Part shown: in pieces, positions 30,751-43,785 of the stretch | Position numbering within the stretch: position 1 is the stretch's first letter | Layout of the letters: each line of letters starts with the position of its first letter | Source: Octopus vulgaris | Lineage: Eukaryota | Direction: 5' to 3' | DNA: 64,000 nucleotides | NCBI GenBank assembly: GCA_951406725.2 | Contig: OX597818.1 | Span: 83,142,001 to 83,206,000 of the forward strand | Position numbers and translations under genes: made by a program | Notes under the pieces: model-generated | Seen by the model: only the letters and a program-made list of their open reading frames with translations | What the model was told of the DNA's origin: nothing | Database searches by the model: none

Positions 30751-31539
30751 AAAAATAACGAAAGAATTTGCAATCACGAAGAAAACGAAGGGATTGTTAT
30801 GACAGGACGTATCTGATCATAGTTCTGGTCGATCATCTTTCAGCAACAATTAAATACCAACGACATTAAAGCATGCATTCTAGATTCGACTAGAAATGAT
30901 TGACTCCTTTTATTTAATCACATCATAATTACTTTCCTATTAATCAATAAAATTACTCGATCAGTTGATTCAATCTGAAGATGTATAGAATTTGTTGTAT
31001 AAAACGTTCCTAGTTCATTGCCTTTGCCATAAAACAACGTTCCATGTCTGTTATGTCATCAATCTCATGGCTTTGTTTGTAATCAGCTTAATCCAGATTG
31101 AGCAGGACGATGATGATCAGCTCGCATTTCCAAAGGGAACCATTCCATCTTTCTCTATAGCTAGATAACTTGAGCCGCATTTTCAAATTCTTGTTAGTTC
31201 TTATAACGACTATTCTTACTTGTTTCTTTTTTAGAGGCGATAAGATATTCTCGGGGAGATATTCGCTAAGCTGTCTCTTGTGAGTTGTACGTCAACGTAA
31301 GATTCCTTCTTTGATTGGCTGGAGTTTAATTATTGAAATTTACAGACAACTCCCTTTATCCTGTAATGATACTTAAAAACGAGCAGAAATTTAATATCTG
31401 AAACTAAGGACAGTGTGTTTCAATTTGAATAACATATGTCCGCTTGAATATGTGTTGTAGTGTTGTTGCCGAAGTCCCTATAAAATCAGAGATATTATGC
31501 ATGAAATCCCATAGAGAAATCTTTATTAAAATGACTAAG

Positions 31540-31720
31540 TACAGGGTGAGGCAGAAAAACGTTCCATCATTGCCCAATGCCAAGTGAAGTGAGGCGCCTT
31601 CTAATGGTGCTTTCCTGTAGCTAATAATTTATCGTTTTGTTTAGTTGCCATTAGAGTTTGGTCTTCTGTATTCTCTGCTTTTACAGATGGAACGTTTATT
31701 GAGAGCAGCAAATCTGGAAA
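31540..31720 (+). mobile_element. Possible Tc1/mariner left-end remnant
   Basis: TA+CAGGGTG terminus typical of Tc1/mariner TIRs. No partner TIR or transposase found. Confidence 0.25.
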
Positions 31721-33409
31721 TTTCTTCTATTGCATTCTGTATACATAATTTCCATTATTTTGTTTCTACAATTTTATCTGTCATATAGCATTTAAAAAAT
31801 TTATGATTTTTAAAGTTTCTCTCTCTCACTCTTTCTGTTTCTCCCTCTTTCCCTCCATTTCTCTTAGGAGCCCATCTCGTCATTATGCCTCTCATGCAAT
31901 ATCAGATTCGAAATAGGAATCTCACATGATCTTACAACAGAAATTTTCAATCGCAAAACGAGTAAATGATGACACGATGTCTATCTGCATTGAATATCAC
32001 AATCCCTGTGGTTCTTCAGAGTAGGTTTTTTGGTAAAGAATAGAAACAAAAATTCCTTTCGTGTAAACTTTAGTAGTTATTTTCTACCATCTTGCTCTAT
32101 TCACATAACATTGTTGACAATTCATTCGACATCCAATTCCTGGCAAACATTTGTCTCACTTTAAAAAAAAAAAATGTATCAAAATTATTTGTTCATGCAC
32201 ACCTATAGCCAGTGTTCTTATTTCTTACTTTACTCTTCTACATTTCAGCTTATCCGATTTTTCTTCTCGAGTTGCGTATTCTATTTACCTGAAAAACAAA
32301 AAATAAATGCATTCAATTTTTTTCTAGTTCTTCCTCTTCTCAGGTATCTTTGTTTATAATCCTTTACTACTTCAATACATTCCGCGATTTATCTTCATTG
32401 CTGCACATATAAACCTTTCCTATCTTTTCCAAACACAGTTTTCTATTATTCTGCTAGTTAAGTATACAGCCTCATAAACAGAGCAACCATCTACATCCAC
32501 CTTCTCATTGTATATACTATATTCCAATACTTCTTCGTGGATATAACCTATTGAGTAAAGTTAAAAACGTTCATCTGTATATATCCATTCCATTAAATCT
32601 TTTCCTGAAATCCTCTCATACCTCAGAGCTCTGGGTTTTCTTTTAGGATGAACAAACATAAGTGTTTCGCTTGGAGTTAGTACACTAGAAACGCATGCAA
32701 ACAAAATTCAGATGTTCATCATACATTACTTATACGCATACACACGTTCATACTTAAACAGAGAGATAGACAGATAGATAGATAGACACAAACAGACATG
32801 TAGACAGACATACAGACAGATAGACAGACATATAGAAATATAGCTAGATAGATAGATAAATAGATAGATAGACAAATAGATAGAAAGACAGATATAGATA
32901 GATAAACAGACTAACAGACAGACAGACAGCCAGATAGACATATAGATAGATAATACATACATACATACGTACATCTATGCACACACTCACACATAAATAT
33001 GCACACACGCACACGCACAAATACACACACAGTAAAAGAACGTGACTTAGCGGTTAGAGAGTTTGCATCATGATCATGAGACGGTAAGTTTGATTCTTGG
33101 AGTAGGGGCGGCGTTGCAGGCAAGATCCTTCACTTCATCTTGCAACAAATGAACACCACCGCTTTTACTGTCTCATGGTATTTTGTCTTCAGGTCTCAGT
33201 ATATGAAATTGCATGACAATGACTGGTATAAGTCTGCTCACGCGAACGAAATCCTCTAAGACAATTAGAGGTCTTTCAGTGCATGCTAGAAATGCACACT
33301 ATATTGCGATTGATGAACGTACTTGTTTTATACACTTATGCATATACATACACGCAAAAACACTCAAAATAAACACATACACACACACACACACTTACAC
33401 GCATATACT

Positions 33410-33745
33410 GTAGTGTATTGGGCTCTGGAGCAGCTGATCTTTTGTACTTTATGGATGAGACACGTTCCACTAGTTGAGATATAAATATCATGTCCACAGC
33501 TGCTGCATGCAGAACTGCAGCTGATGATACACACCATATTGTCTGAAGCCATGACCGTTATCGAATCTGAATCCTCGACATTGAACAGGTGTGATCGCTG
33601 TTCCGTTTATGAGATGCGTTTTACCACAGCTTGTTTCTTTTGAGCCGGGACCCAAGAATGACATCAGCAATGTTTGCCAGTGCCAGAAGGGAGAATTGCT
33701 GGTTTGTCAGCAAAGCTCGAAGTACGTTTAGGTTTTCAAGCTTGA
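33410..33745 (-). mobile_element. Probable decayed Penelope-like linker/GIY-YIG fragment
   Basis: Minus-strand pieces LLALANIADVILGSRLK and SDNMVCIISCSSACSSCGHDIYISTSGTCL resemble the PLE motifs NL-x-DILV-x-SKL and SNVVY-x-I-x-C-x2-C-x3-YIGETG. Frameshifted. Confidence 0.4.
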
Positions 33746-33820
33746 GGTTTTCAAACTTTTTGGGCTACCACCCTCTTCATGGTCACAACACCCCACCCCT
33801 ATTTTTACAGATACATTTTT

Positions 33821-34254
<434 letters not shown>

Positions 34255-34339
34255 ATGGCATTTGATATTTAATATAACATTATATAATTTGTATACAATA
34301 CTATAATGTTATTATAATAAATTCATAGCGTACCCCAAT

Positions 34340-34460
34340 TCACTGCCTCCCTCCCAACGCCTCCTTTTTCTCTACCAACCCCTCAGGCACCAGCGCCCAC
34401 CTGGTTCGTCTCAAAGCCCTCGAGGGGCGGTTGCGCCCACTTTGAGAAACTATGGTCTAG
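34340..34460. mobile_element. Probable hAT-type MITE end
   Basis: GC-rich CGCCCAC repeats ending GGGGCGGTTGCGCCCACTTTGAGAAACTATGGTCTAG, similar to hAT/Charlie-like termini. Confidence 0.4.
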
Positions 34461-34681
34461 AGTAACAATCTTTGTGCACCTCCGTACGAATTTGTCCATT
34501 GTCCTATGATGGTTGATTTATAGCTGACTTATGGTTTATGGTTGACTTATAGATTTATATCGAACAGCTGCTATAGTACAGAATGGATTTGGTTATTTGA
34601 TGAATCCTTTATGAATATCATTCCGCTGTCATCCTTTGGCTTAAAGGGTATATGCCTCTTACTATTTTAATGGCTTTTGAA

Positions 34682-34888
34682 GGCAGTGAGCTGGCCGAAT
34701 CGCTAGCACGCTGGGGATTTGCTTAGCGGCATTTCGACCGTCATTAGGGTTGGGTTCTATTTCGCTGTAGTCGACTTTGCTTTTCATCCTTTTGAGGTCT
34801 ATAAAATAAGTTACAGTTGAGTACTGGGGGTGATGTAATCGACTATCCCCACTCCAAGTTGCAGGCCTTGTGTCTATAGTAGAAAGGA
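34682..34888 (+). mobile_element. SINE family A, full length
   Basis: GGCAGTGAGCTGGCCGAATCGCTAGCACG..GTCGACTTTGCTTTTCATCC..GTACTGGGGGTGATGTAATCGACT..GGCCTTGTG. Confidence 0.85.
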
Positions 34889-35194
34889 TTATTATGAAGG
34901 TTTTACCGAAAAAGGTTGTGTTGCTGAAAGGTATTGAAAACAGTGAGAACAGACATTATCCTCTTATCATTGACTGGAAAAAACAATCGCGATAGGATAG
35001 GAAGTCCTCTATCCCAACACACGTACTAGAAATTCGATGTGAATGTGAACATGGTGCATGTAAATGGGCGTGAGCTGAGAATGCATCTGTGATTGGGAAA
35101 GGACGATTGAGAAACGGCATTTCTCTTGAGGAACGTGATTTTTGTGGAATTTCCACGAGAAATCCTCGGAGCTCTTATAACACTGTATATATTA

Positions 35195-35310
<116 letters not shown>

Positions 35311-35649
35311 ATACAGTTTTTATAAATGTATTTATATATGTGTGTGTATGATGCATGTATGCATCGATATATTTATATTTATATGTATAAAAATTTAGTC
35401 GTCACTAATTGTGACTGTATGTGCTTGTAGTACATATATTGCTAGAAATAAAAGCTAAACATGTTATAGCTGCGTAAGGCACATTTATATGTACTGAAGA
35501 TGTAGGCAATTGCCCCGTGAGCGAGCCAATCTAGAACACTGGACTTCACAGTATCATCCTGATAGGAATTTTCAATAGTGTGCCCCCGTTGTTTCTAAGG
35601 AACAGTTTCTTCTCTCTTTCATTTCGTACATATAATCAGCCTGTATTTT

Positions 35650-36130
35650 CATACCTTCAGCCCACAAACTCTATGACAACCGCTTGCTCTCTTCCTTTGA
35701 ACAGTTCCTGTCAAGGTTGTCTGAAGCAGTGGTTCGTAACACATTGCACGTCCAAAATATGACAGACTTGTGGACTTCCCTGCTCGACAATATGTGTCCT
35801 TGGATGCCCAGTTTTCTAGTACTGCAACTTTTATTACTCTGTGTTTCCAGCTTGTCCTTCCAAATCTGCAACAGGTCAACATCAAAGGCTTTTATCAGTT
35901 TCTTTATATCGATAAACATCATTCTTGTTTTCTGACCCATAGAGGACAATTGGGATAATGTAACAGTGAAGGACTACTACGCGGTTGTTCTGTTAGAACA
36001 AACTATACCATGAGAGAAACACTCATATTGGCTTTTGGTGCAAAATGTACGCTTATTTATATCGCAGCAGGGGAGATAAATCCTCGCCATTCTCCAGGCA
36101 CCGACAACACCAGGTTACGTGATGTTGACC
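35650..36130 (-). mobile_element. Heavily decayed REL-type (R4/Dong-like) LINE 3' fragment
   Basis: Minus-strand CRCLENGEDLS (CCHC knuckle-like), then GQKTRMMFIDI and KLGI..REVHKSVIFWTCNVLR, paralleling EVQKIVLSGTTHVLR of the 17575 copy. Confidence 0.45.
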
Positions 36131-37198
36131 TTTCTTGTTTTGGCACTAGTTTTTCTATATAATTCTTGGCGGGGAGATGAGTCATTGCTATCACTAGCAG
36201 TCGAGCGTCCATCATTGACTGCTCGGTATTAATTCTCCTTCTGACGCTAATATATAATCTAACAGTCGACTAACCCCAATTTTAGTTGTAGTGACATTTG
36301 AGGTGAAGACATTTTTCTTTTTTATAAATATTGTTTTAACCGGATTCCTTCTCAGACTTACTACTACACAACGACCTTCCAAGTATATTATTTGTTCTAC
36401 ACACTCGAATTTTTATTTTCGTTACACATTATAAAAACTAACTGACCCAGAAAATGAAGTTAAGGAAACATGCCTGTCGTGGAGGCTCACCATTAGTTCT
36501 TGTAATGGATTCGGTGTTCGGCTATTGTAACATGCATCGTCGAAACCGGCGAGGGTCCATTTTACATTACCATACAATTCACATTCTATTCACGAAGACA
36601 TTGCAAACCGTCTTTTATTTTCACTTCCAAATATATATATTTCATTTATTTTATTCCTGCGACACTTTTCTTATTTGGTTTTGCTTGGATATTTCTTTCC
36701 TTCCATATCTTTCATTAGTTTCCTTCATTAATTCATTTATTTCTCTTCCTTTATTCTACCTTTGCTTCTTCAATATCTTTCTGTGTATCTTGTTGATTTA
36801 TTTATGCATTTTGCCTTCTGTCGTTCTTACTTTTCCATCTTTTTATTCATTTAGTTTTTTATTCATATATTCTTTCTCTGATTTTCACTTTATTTTATTA
36901 TTTAATTATTTTCTACCTTCATTTCATTACATTTCACTTCTTCCTTAAATTTTTGTTATAATTATTTTTTCTCTTTTCTTTCTGTCATTTCTGTAAATAC
37001 GTTGAGATTAGCAATTGTGATTTGACTCGTTCTTGCCAATATTACTCGTACTAATTAACAATACAGATCTGCTAGCTGCTTTATCGATTCTATAGTAACA
37101 GTGGTGAAGATCGCTATTTTCATCTGAACAACGAGAACGATGGCCTAAGGCTTTCCAAACGTGACAGCTACTTCAAATATTTTCCAGGTACAGTATAT

Positions 37199-37698
37199 AT
37201 TACATGGGAAAATGCGAGCATGAAAAGTCATATACTTAAGATTATAAACCCGGAAAATTTAGGACAAGTTATTACACCTGTTAAAGTATAGGACAAGCTA
37301 TTACTTCTAGCAAAGAATAAGAAACTTTTTACTTAAAATATTGCAGCAAAGAAAGACAGTTTTTCTAATTTATCACTCTTTACAGTTCTTGTCTTTTACA
37401 TTTATTGTACAAAATTTGTAAGTTTGTTTAATTAGTCATTTTCCTGTATTTAAGGTAGTAAATTAGCCAAATTCTACTAAAACAAGTATAGTGTTATTTG
37501 TAAACTATAATAAAATAATTTCTAATATTCAAATTTTAAATTTAGCAGCAATATTTTAAGAGAAAACGTTTCTTTACTTTACTTTACTAGAAGTAGTAGC
37601 GTGTCCTATACTTTTACACGTGTAATAACTTGTCCTGTACTTTTCCAGGTTTATAATCTAAAGAATATGACTTTTCCTGCTCGCATTTTCCATGTAAT
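37199..37698. mobile_element. MITE/foldback-type element with about 135-bp imperfect terminal inverted repeats
   Basis: 37199-37332 (ATTACATGGGAAAATGCGAGCA..GGACAAGTTATTACAC..AAAGTATAGGACA..TTCTAG) is the reverse complement of 37562-37698. The spacer is AT-rich and about 230 bp. Confidence 0.75.
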
Positions 37699-38451
37699 CC
37701 ATGATTTTTCTGGGCATTGCTGTTATAAGATAATCAATAATTTACCCTTTTATAATTTAAGATTCCACCTTATAAAATACTGAAAGATAATATTTCAATG
37801 TTTCCCTGTAAGTGATGATAATATTTCAAATGTTCGCGTTTAATTTAAGTATACGCTTTGATTGAATTATTTGATATTACCCATCCACACCAAATTAAAG
37901 ACAGGGACTTCTATCGTGTAGTTGGTTGCATCATGGCTCACCAAATGTTACAAACAACAAGAGCCCAAAACCATCAGCTGGTAGGCTCACCTTAAGTAAC
38001 CTAATTTTGCAGTATTGGGAGGTCGCGGGAATTCATTCAACGAAAAAGAAAATTTCCAACGATTCTGGGATGAGGGGAAACACCCCACCTCATTTTTTCC
38101 GAACCAAAATAAAGGATTTGCAGCATATTAAGATGTCAGGGTACTTGATTCCACGCAAAAAAAAATCAAGATTTATTTTTCTTAGTGAAATCGTGCGGGT
38201 GTTAATATAGATCTTGACCTTAATGTTGTTATTTAGCCTCAAATAAACCCTGACGCTGCAACCGTATCATCAAAGACATTCCAGCCTTCAGTAAACTGTC
38301 TTTTTAGGGATAATCTAGGACATTGCATACACTGGGCGTGTGATTTAGGTAGGAAGATACTTTGCCTGCTATTCTTAGCGTGTCGAGCGACTAGGAAGGG
38401 GCTCTTTCGTTGGTTCGATTGCGTGATGAGATTCCTTTACACATATATGTA

Positions 38452-38507
<56 letters not shown>

Positions 38508-38510
<3 letters not shown>

Positions 38511-38786
38511 ATATTATATTGAGGGTACTACTATTCGTAGATACCAACACGCTAAGAGGGACCAATGCGGTCAAAACTACTAAAAATAAACAAAATTTTA
38601 CCGAATGCAAAACTTCAAAACACATCATTTTGAAAAAGAATTCAGTAACTGAATTCTTTTTTAAAATGATGTGTTTTGAAGTTTTGCATTCGGTAAAATT
38701 TTGTTTATTTTTAGTAGTTTTGACCGCATTGGTCCCTCTTAGCGTGTTGGTATCTACGAATAGTAGTACCCTCAATATAATATAAA
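38508..38786. repeat. 279-bp near-perfect palindrome (139-bp arms, 1-nt centre at 38647, one mismatch)
   Basis: Arms compared base by base; the only mismatch is G38632/T38662. This explains why ORFs 38509-38799(-) and 38519-38785(+) give the same peptide. Confidence 0.97.
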
Positions 38787-38887
38787 TGAATATTTTCAAA
38801 GAGGAAGAATTTACGGATTTTTTCTCTTACGAGGTTTTTCACGCTGACTACTGATAATTTCTTTTAAAGATTTTATCCTCAATTGTT

Positions 38888-38924
<37 letters not shown>

Positions 38925-38927
<3 letters not shown>

Positions 38928-39115
38928 GTTAATCCAAACAAGAAAGCAGGAAAAAACACAACAACGCGAGGACGTGGAACAAATATAGTACTATTGGACG
39001 CTCAGGAAAGAAAGAAAGAAGGAGGGTTTAACGTTTCGAGCGGAGCTCTTCGTCGGAAACATTGGAGAAGGAAAGATCCAGAGATGGGAAGACAGAGTGA
39101 AAAAAATCGCCAACG

Positions 39116-39118
<3 letters not shown>
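38925..39118 (-). mobile_element. Short non-coding insertion between (TA)n and (CA)n carrying a minimal hammerhead (probable PLE terminal-repeat fragment)
   Basis: Complex 194-bp block bounded by microsatellites on both sides, with a hammerhead motif at 39026-39060. Confidence 0.6.
39026..39060 (-). ncRNA. Minimal type I hammerhead ribozyme motif (Penelope-type)
   Basis: GUUU-CCGACGA-A-GAGC-UCC-GCUC-GAA-AC-GU-U-AAAC. Perfect stem I (GUUU/AAAC), perfect stem II (GAGC/GCUC), palindromic loop-less stem III (AACGUU). The core has U4>C. Confidence 0.65.
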
Positions 39119-39190
<72 letters not shown>

Positions 39191-39282
39191 ATTGGCAGAA
39201 GTTAGAGAATAAGTGAAAAGCTGAGTGTTTCGTGTATTGGCATTTATCAAACACGAATTGTCACTGTAACTTCTGACAAAAT

Positions 39283-39722
39283 AACTTCTGAAATACAAAG
39301 TTTTGTCTAAAACGTTAAGAGTAAACCCTGTTCTATGTGACACATTCTACCAGCATCGGAAGTTTGAAAGTGTTTAGTTAAGATAAATTAATTAAATAAT
39401 CAGTACGTCTAATTGTATAGATCCGAAATGGATGAGAGTCAAAGTCAACCTCGGCGGAATTTGAACTCAGAACGTGAGACAGACGAAATACAGCTTCTAA
39501 AATACAAAGTTTTGCCAGAAACGTTACGAATAAACCCTGTTCCATGTGACATATTCTACCAGTATCGGAAGTTTGAAAATGTTTAGTTAAAAATAATTAA
39601 TTAAATAATCTGTACGTCAAAGTCGACCTTGACGAAATTTTAACTCAAAAATGTAAAGACAGACGAAATACCGTTCAGCATTTCACCCGGCGCGTTAACG
39701 TTTCTGCCTGCTCGCCACCTTG
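39283..39722. repeat. Local tandem duplication (about 208-bp unit) that includes part of a minus-strand SINE A
   Basis: CTTCT.AAATACAAAGTTTTG..TAAACCCTGTTC.ATGTGACA..TCGGAAGTTTGAAA..GACAGACGAAATAC occurs at about 39285-39491 and 39494-39671. Confidence 0.85.
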
Positions 39723-41179
39723 GAAATTAAGCAATGATTTTAGAAATATATTCTTTATTCTTATAGCTGAAGCGTTACTCCCTTACTTACTGACATGAAA
39801 TTTCGTAACATTTTACCTCATAACTCTTCTACAAAATTTTTTCTATGCAACTAGTGATTCTGAATTGCTCATGCCTTTTTGTATCATTTAAGCCTAAGAA
39901 AGGTATACTTTTAATTTAAAATTAAAATGTTTATGATAATTTATGGTGAATAGGTGCCTTACTGCCTCCCACTTGAGGTCGCAGATATTTTGATGTAACT
40001 TTTTCCTACTGAATCAAAACTCAAACGATTTATACCGAAGTGTAGCTGAGAAGGTGTGCTCTTTAAAACTGTTAACAGTTTGCAATTTAGTTGAGAACTG
40101 AATTACTGGTGAAGCTTGGAAGCTGCTGCGCTTGACGAAATGGTGAACTTAAGTATATACTCAACCACTACAATGGTTGAATGATACGTTGAAATGCTTC
40201 AATATATCCTTCATTTTCTAGGACAGTGGGTTGCTAGCAGAAGAATATTATGGTGTTATTTCTAGAAAATAGGTGGATTGCACAGAGACCTTCCCCTAAC
40301 TCCAAGTAAAAAGATGAGCGATCAACTCTAGATTAACGGAATTGAGTGCTGATCAAGGAGGTCGATAGCGAAAAGCTTTCTAATTGTGATAGCAACTTAA
40401 AACATTTTCTAAGTACAGTATAACTATGTCGAAAATTTTCAAATATATCATTGATTTGCAAATACTTTGGGTTACTAGCTGAAGGATATTTGACTGCTAT
40501 TTCGAGGAAACAACACTGTGTAGAGCATTTCGTATATCTCTGAGTACATAGGTACATGTTTGTGCACACGTGTATCTGTATGTAGGTGTCCATTTGTGTG
40601 TGCTTTTGTGTGCATGTAATGTATGTACATACTTGCGTGTGTGTGTTGTGTATGTTTGTGTATGCATGTATGTGTCTGCATGTGTGCGTATGTCTGTGTA
40701 GCTGCGTATAGAAGCCTGTATTATGGTATAACGGTATTATTACTAAATATCTGTCTTATGTGTGTGTATACCTGAGTAAAGCTGTATATGTAACATTATA
40801 AATAGTGCGTATATGTGGTGACATATATTGTGTACTTATATACACATGCAACACGTCCGCCTAGCATTTGAATGTTTACATACCTAATCTACGAAATTAA
40901 TTTATACACGCGCATCACATAAAAAGACGCAGAGAAACAGTTACACAACGACACACGTAAAGAGACGCAAGCATATACTTATAAATATATGTACACGCAT
41001 GCGTGCATGTATGTATTGTAAGAACGTATTTATGAATATAAGTGTATACATGAATACACAGAGATACAGACACAAACTCCCAAATACGCAAACACGCATT
41101 TTACCTGCATGTTTGTATACTTGTATACATGTATACACACACACACACATATATATATGTATGTGTGTGCATGTATGTA

Positions 41180-41237
<58 letters not shown>

Positions 41238-41961
41238 AATATGTATATACGTATATGTATGCATATATATATATATATACATATGTATATATGTATGTAT
41301 GTGTATGTATATATATATACAAACAATTATATATAAACACATATAATATATATACACATATGTATATATGGGCGTGTGTGTGTATGTGTGTGTATATGTG
41401 TATGTGTGAGTTTGTGTGCTACACACACACATACATACATGGACAGTTGTATGATTACTTGGCAGTGTTTTATATCATTGCATGTGTGTCTGACAGCGTG
41501 TACATATGTATGACTTATTTAGGAGCAGTCGCCATAGTTAGAGGATGTCATTCCACATGATTCTTACGTTCAACGGAATTTTGGCAGTGAATGATTCAAC
41601 ACAGTGACAGTTGTAACGTTTAATGTCGATTTGGCACACAAGACACCTATGAACGTGATTTAATTTCTGAGTTCACTCTGCGGACTATAGAATTGAAATA
41701 ACCTAGTGTTATTGATGTTGATGTTGTTGTTGTCGTTGTTGTTGCTGATGTTGTTTTTCTTGTTGATGGCGGTATTTTAGCTGCAGGTCATCCCAAATCC
41801 ATGAAGGCGCGTTGCCTAATTTTTAGGGTGTTTCACCCCCGATGGAGTTTCCGTTATGTTCTTGAGCAAACTTCCTTTCATGCTATTCCAGTCTGTTCAG
41901 CTTTAGAAAAGAGGACAACACAACCCTGATATATGCATACAGACGCATATATTGTTCCACG

Positions 41962-42300
41962 TGCAGGCATGGCTGTGTGGTAAGAAGCTTGCTTCCAAAC
42001 CACAGGTGACTTCTACTATAACCTCGGGCCGACCAAAGTCTTGTGGGTGGATTTGGTAGACGGAAACTGAAAGAAGCCCATCGTGCTTATGAATCTGTGT
42101 TTGTCACACCAACAACGTTTGACACTAATGCTGGTGAGTTTATGTACCCGTAATTTAGCGGTTCGGCCAAAGAAACCAATAGAATAAGTTCTAAGCTTAC
42201 AAAGAATAAGTACTGAGTTAGATTTGTTGGACTAAAGGCGGTGCTCCAGTCAAATGGACGCAGTCAAATGACTGAAACAAGTAAGGAAATAAACGAAATA
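41962..42300 (+). mobile_element. SINE family B with internal deletion, lacking the microsatellite
   Basis: GCAGGCATGGCTGTGTGGTAAGAAGCTTGC..GGTAGACGGAAACTGAAAGAAGCCC..AAGGCGGTGCTCCAG..AAATGACTGAAACAAGTAA. Confidence 0.85.
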
Positions 42301-42311
42301 ATAGCACACAC

Positions 42312-42436
<125 letters not shown>

Positions 42437-42543
42437 CTCCGAACTATCCTTGTTTTCCTTGTATCGTCTGTCTGGATATTTTGTTGTCCCTTTTTTGTTT
42501 CACCTAATTGTCTGGATGTTTTGCGTTCTTGTCCCATTTTTGT

Positions 42544-42583
<40 letters not shown>

Positions 42584-42705
42584 ATATTTTACAAAATGTT
42601 TCTGAGTATATATATCGAGAGAGAAAGAAAGAGTGTGTGTATGTTCCGAATAAAATTGATATTTATATCTCCTTTGTTACAGAAACAGCTTTATGTAGAG
42701 ATAAA

Positions 42706-43085
42706 TGTGGAGGCGCAATGGCCCAGTGGTTTGGGCAGCGGATTCGTGGATGTAAGGTCGCAGTTTCGATTCCTAGACCGGACGTTTTGAGTGTTTATTG
42801 AGCGAAAACACCTAAAACTCTATGAGGCTCCGGCAAGTGGGTGGCGAACCCTGCTATACTCTTTCACCACAATTTTCTCTTACCCTGTCTTCTCGTTTCT
42901 GTTGTACCTGTATTTTAAAGTGTCAGCCTCGTCCCACTCTGTTTCACGCTGAATCTCCCCGAGAACTACGTTAAGGGAACACGTGCCTGTGGAGTGATCA
43001 GTCACTTGCATGTTAATTTCACGAGCAGGCTTTTCCGTTGATCGGATTAACTGGAACCCTCGCCATCGTATCCGACGGAGTGGCA
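42706..43085 (+). mobile_element. SINE with a distinct tRNA head/body and the family C 3' tail
   Basis: A-box TGGCCCAGTGG, B-box GTTTCGATTCC. From about 42905 (TACCTGTATTT..AATCTCCCCGAGAACTAC..TTAATTTCACGAGCA..CCGTTGATCG..CGGAGTG) it is collinear with 30096-30273. Confidence 0.85.
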
Positions 43086-43189
43086 TAGGTAAATAATCAA
43101 CAGCTTTAGGGAGAATAAACATTTAATTTCTAGTTGAGGAAAATAAATTAGCGCACATGGACGTGAAGCCATTTGAATATTGGAAAAAT

Positions 43190-43785
43190 GTCATCTGCAT
43201 GATGCTTATTCGCACCGAGTATCACATGTCGACATTATGACTTCTGATCAAAGCTATGTGTGCTCTGTGAATGCTGTAAGATATGCCGTGGACAGCTTCG
43301 TCGGTGACTACGACGTTGTAGCAACATGAAAGAGAACATAAGGCGTTCTAACTCCGTCGACACCATCCAATACATAGTCACTTCTTTCAGCATATCCTTA
43401 GGCTCAATTCACATGGCTATATGAAGCTGTTGAAGACTACAGTCAATCCCTGGCTGAAGTTGATTGCTACACGAACGCCATATATGCGTCAAAAGCATTT
43501 GGCTCCTTGCGATACCTCTAGAAAGAGTCTAAAGTAGTTGTCGGAGAATTTCTACGATTCTACGAATGCTAATATCTGGCCTCTTAACTGCCTCAATTAT
43601 AATCCCTAGGATGAATGCCTGTCAGGGGTAGTTCAGAAAAACACTAACCGTTCTCTGTGTTGGTGGCGAAGGCCAAAGAGGTGTTCGAAGATGTTCACAT
43701 GGTCACTGCAACGAATGGAATTTTCCAGATTCCTGTGTTGTCTTGAAACCGTGGTGGTAAGTGTCGGCGGATAATTTGATTTAAA
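43190..43785 (+). mobile_element. Decayed, internally deleted Tc1/mariner-superfamily transposase (WQQD..WPPNSPDCNP type)
   Basis: LRLNSHGYMKLLKTTVNPWLKLIATRTPYMRQKHLAPCDTSRKSLK*LSENFYDSTNANIWPLNCLNYNP*D..CLETVVVSVGG*FD. Same group as 57100-57640. Confidence 0.75.

Noticed and set aside
32200-32650. Possible old RTE fragment; similar faint TE-like traces at 19090-19380 and 44600-44810
   Set aside because: Too decayed to support a call without a profile search.
38509-38799. Identical peptide encoded on both strands
   Set aside because: A trivial consequence of the DNA palindrome; there is no evidence of coding.
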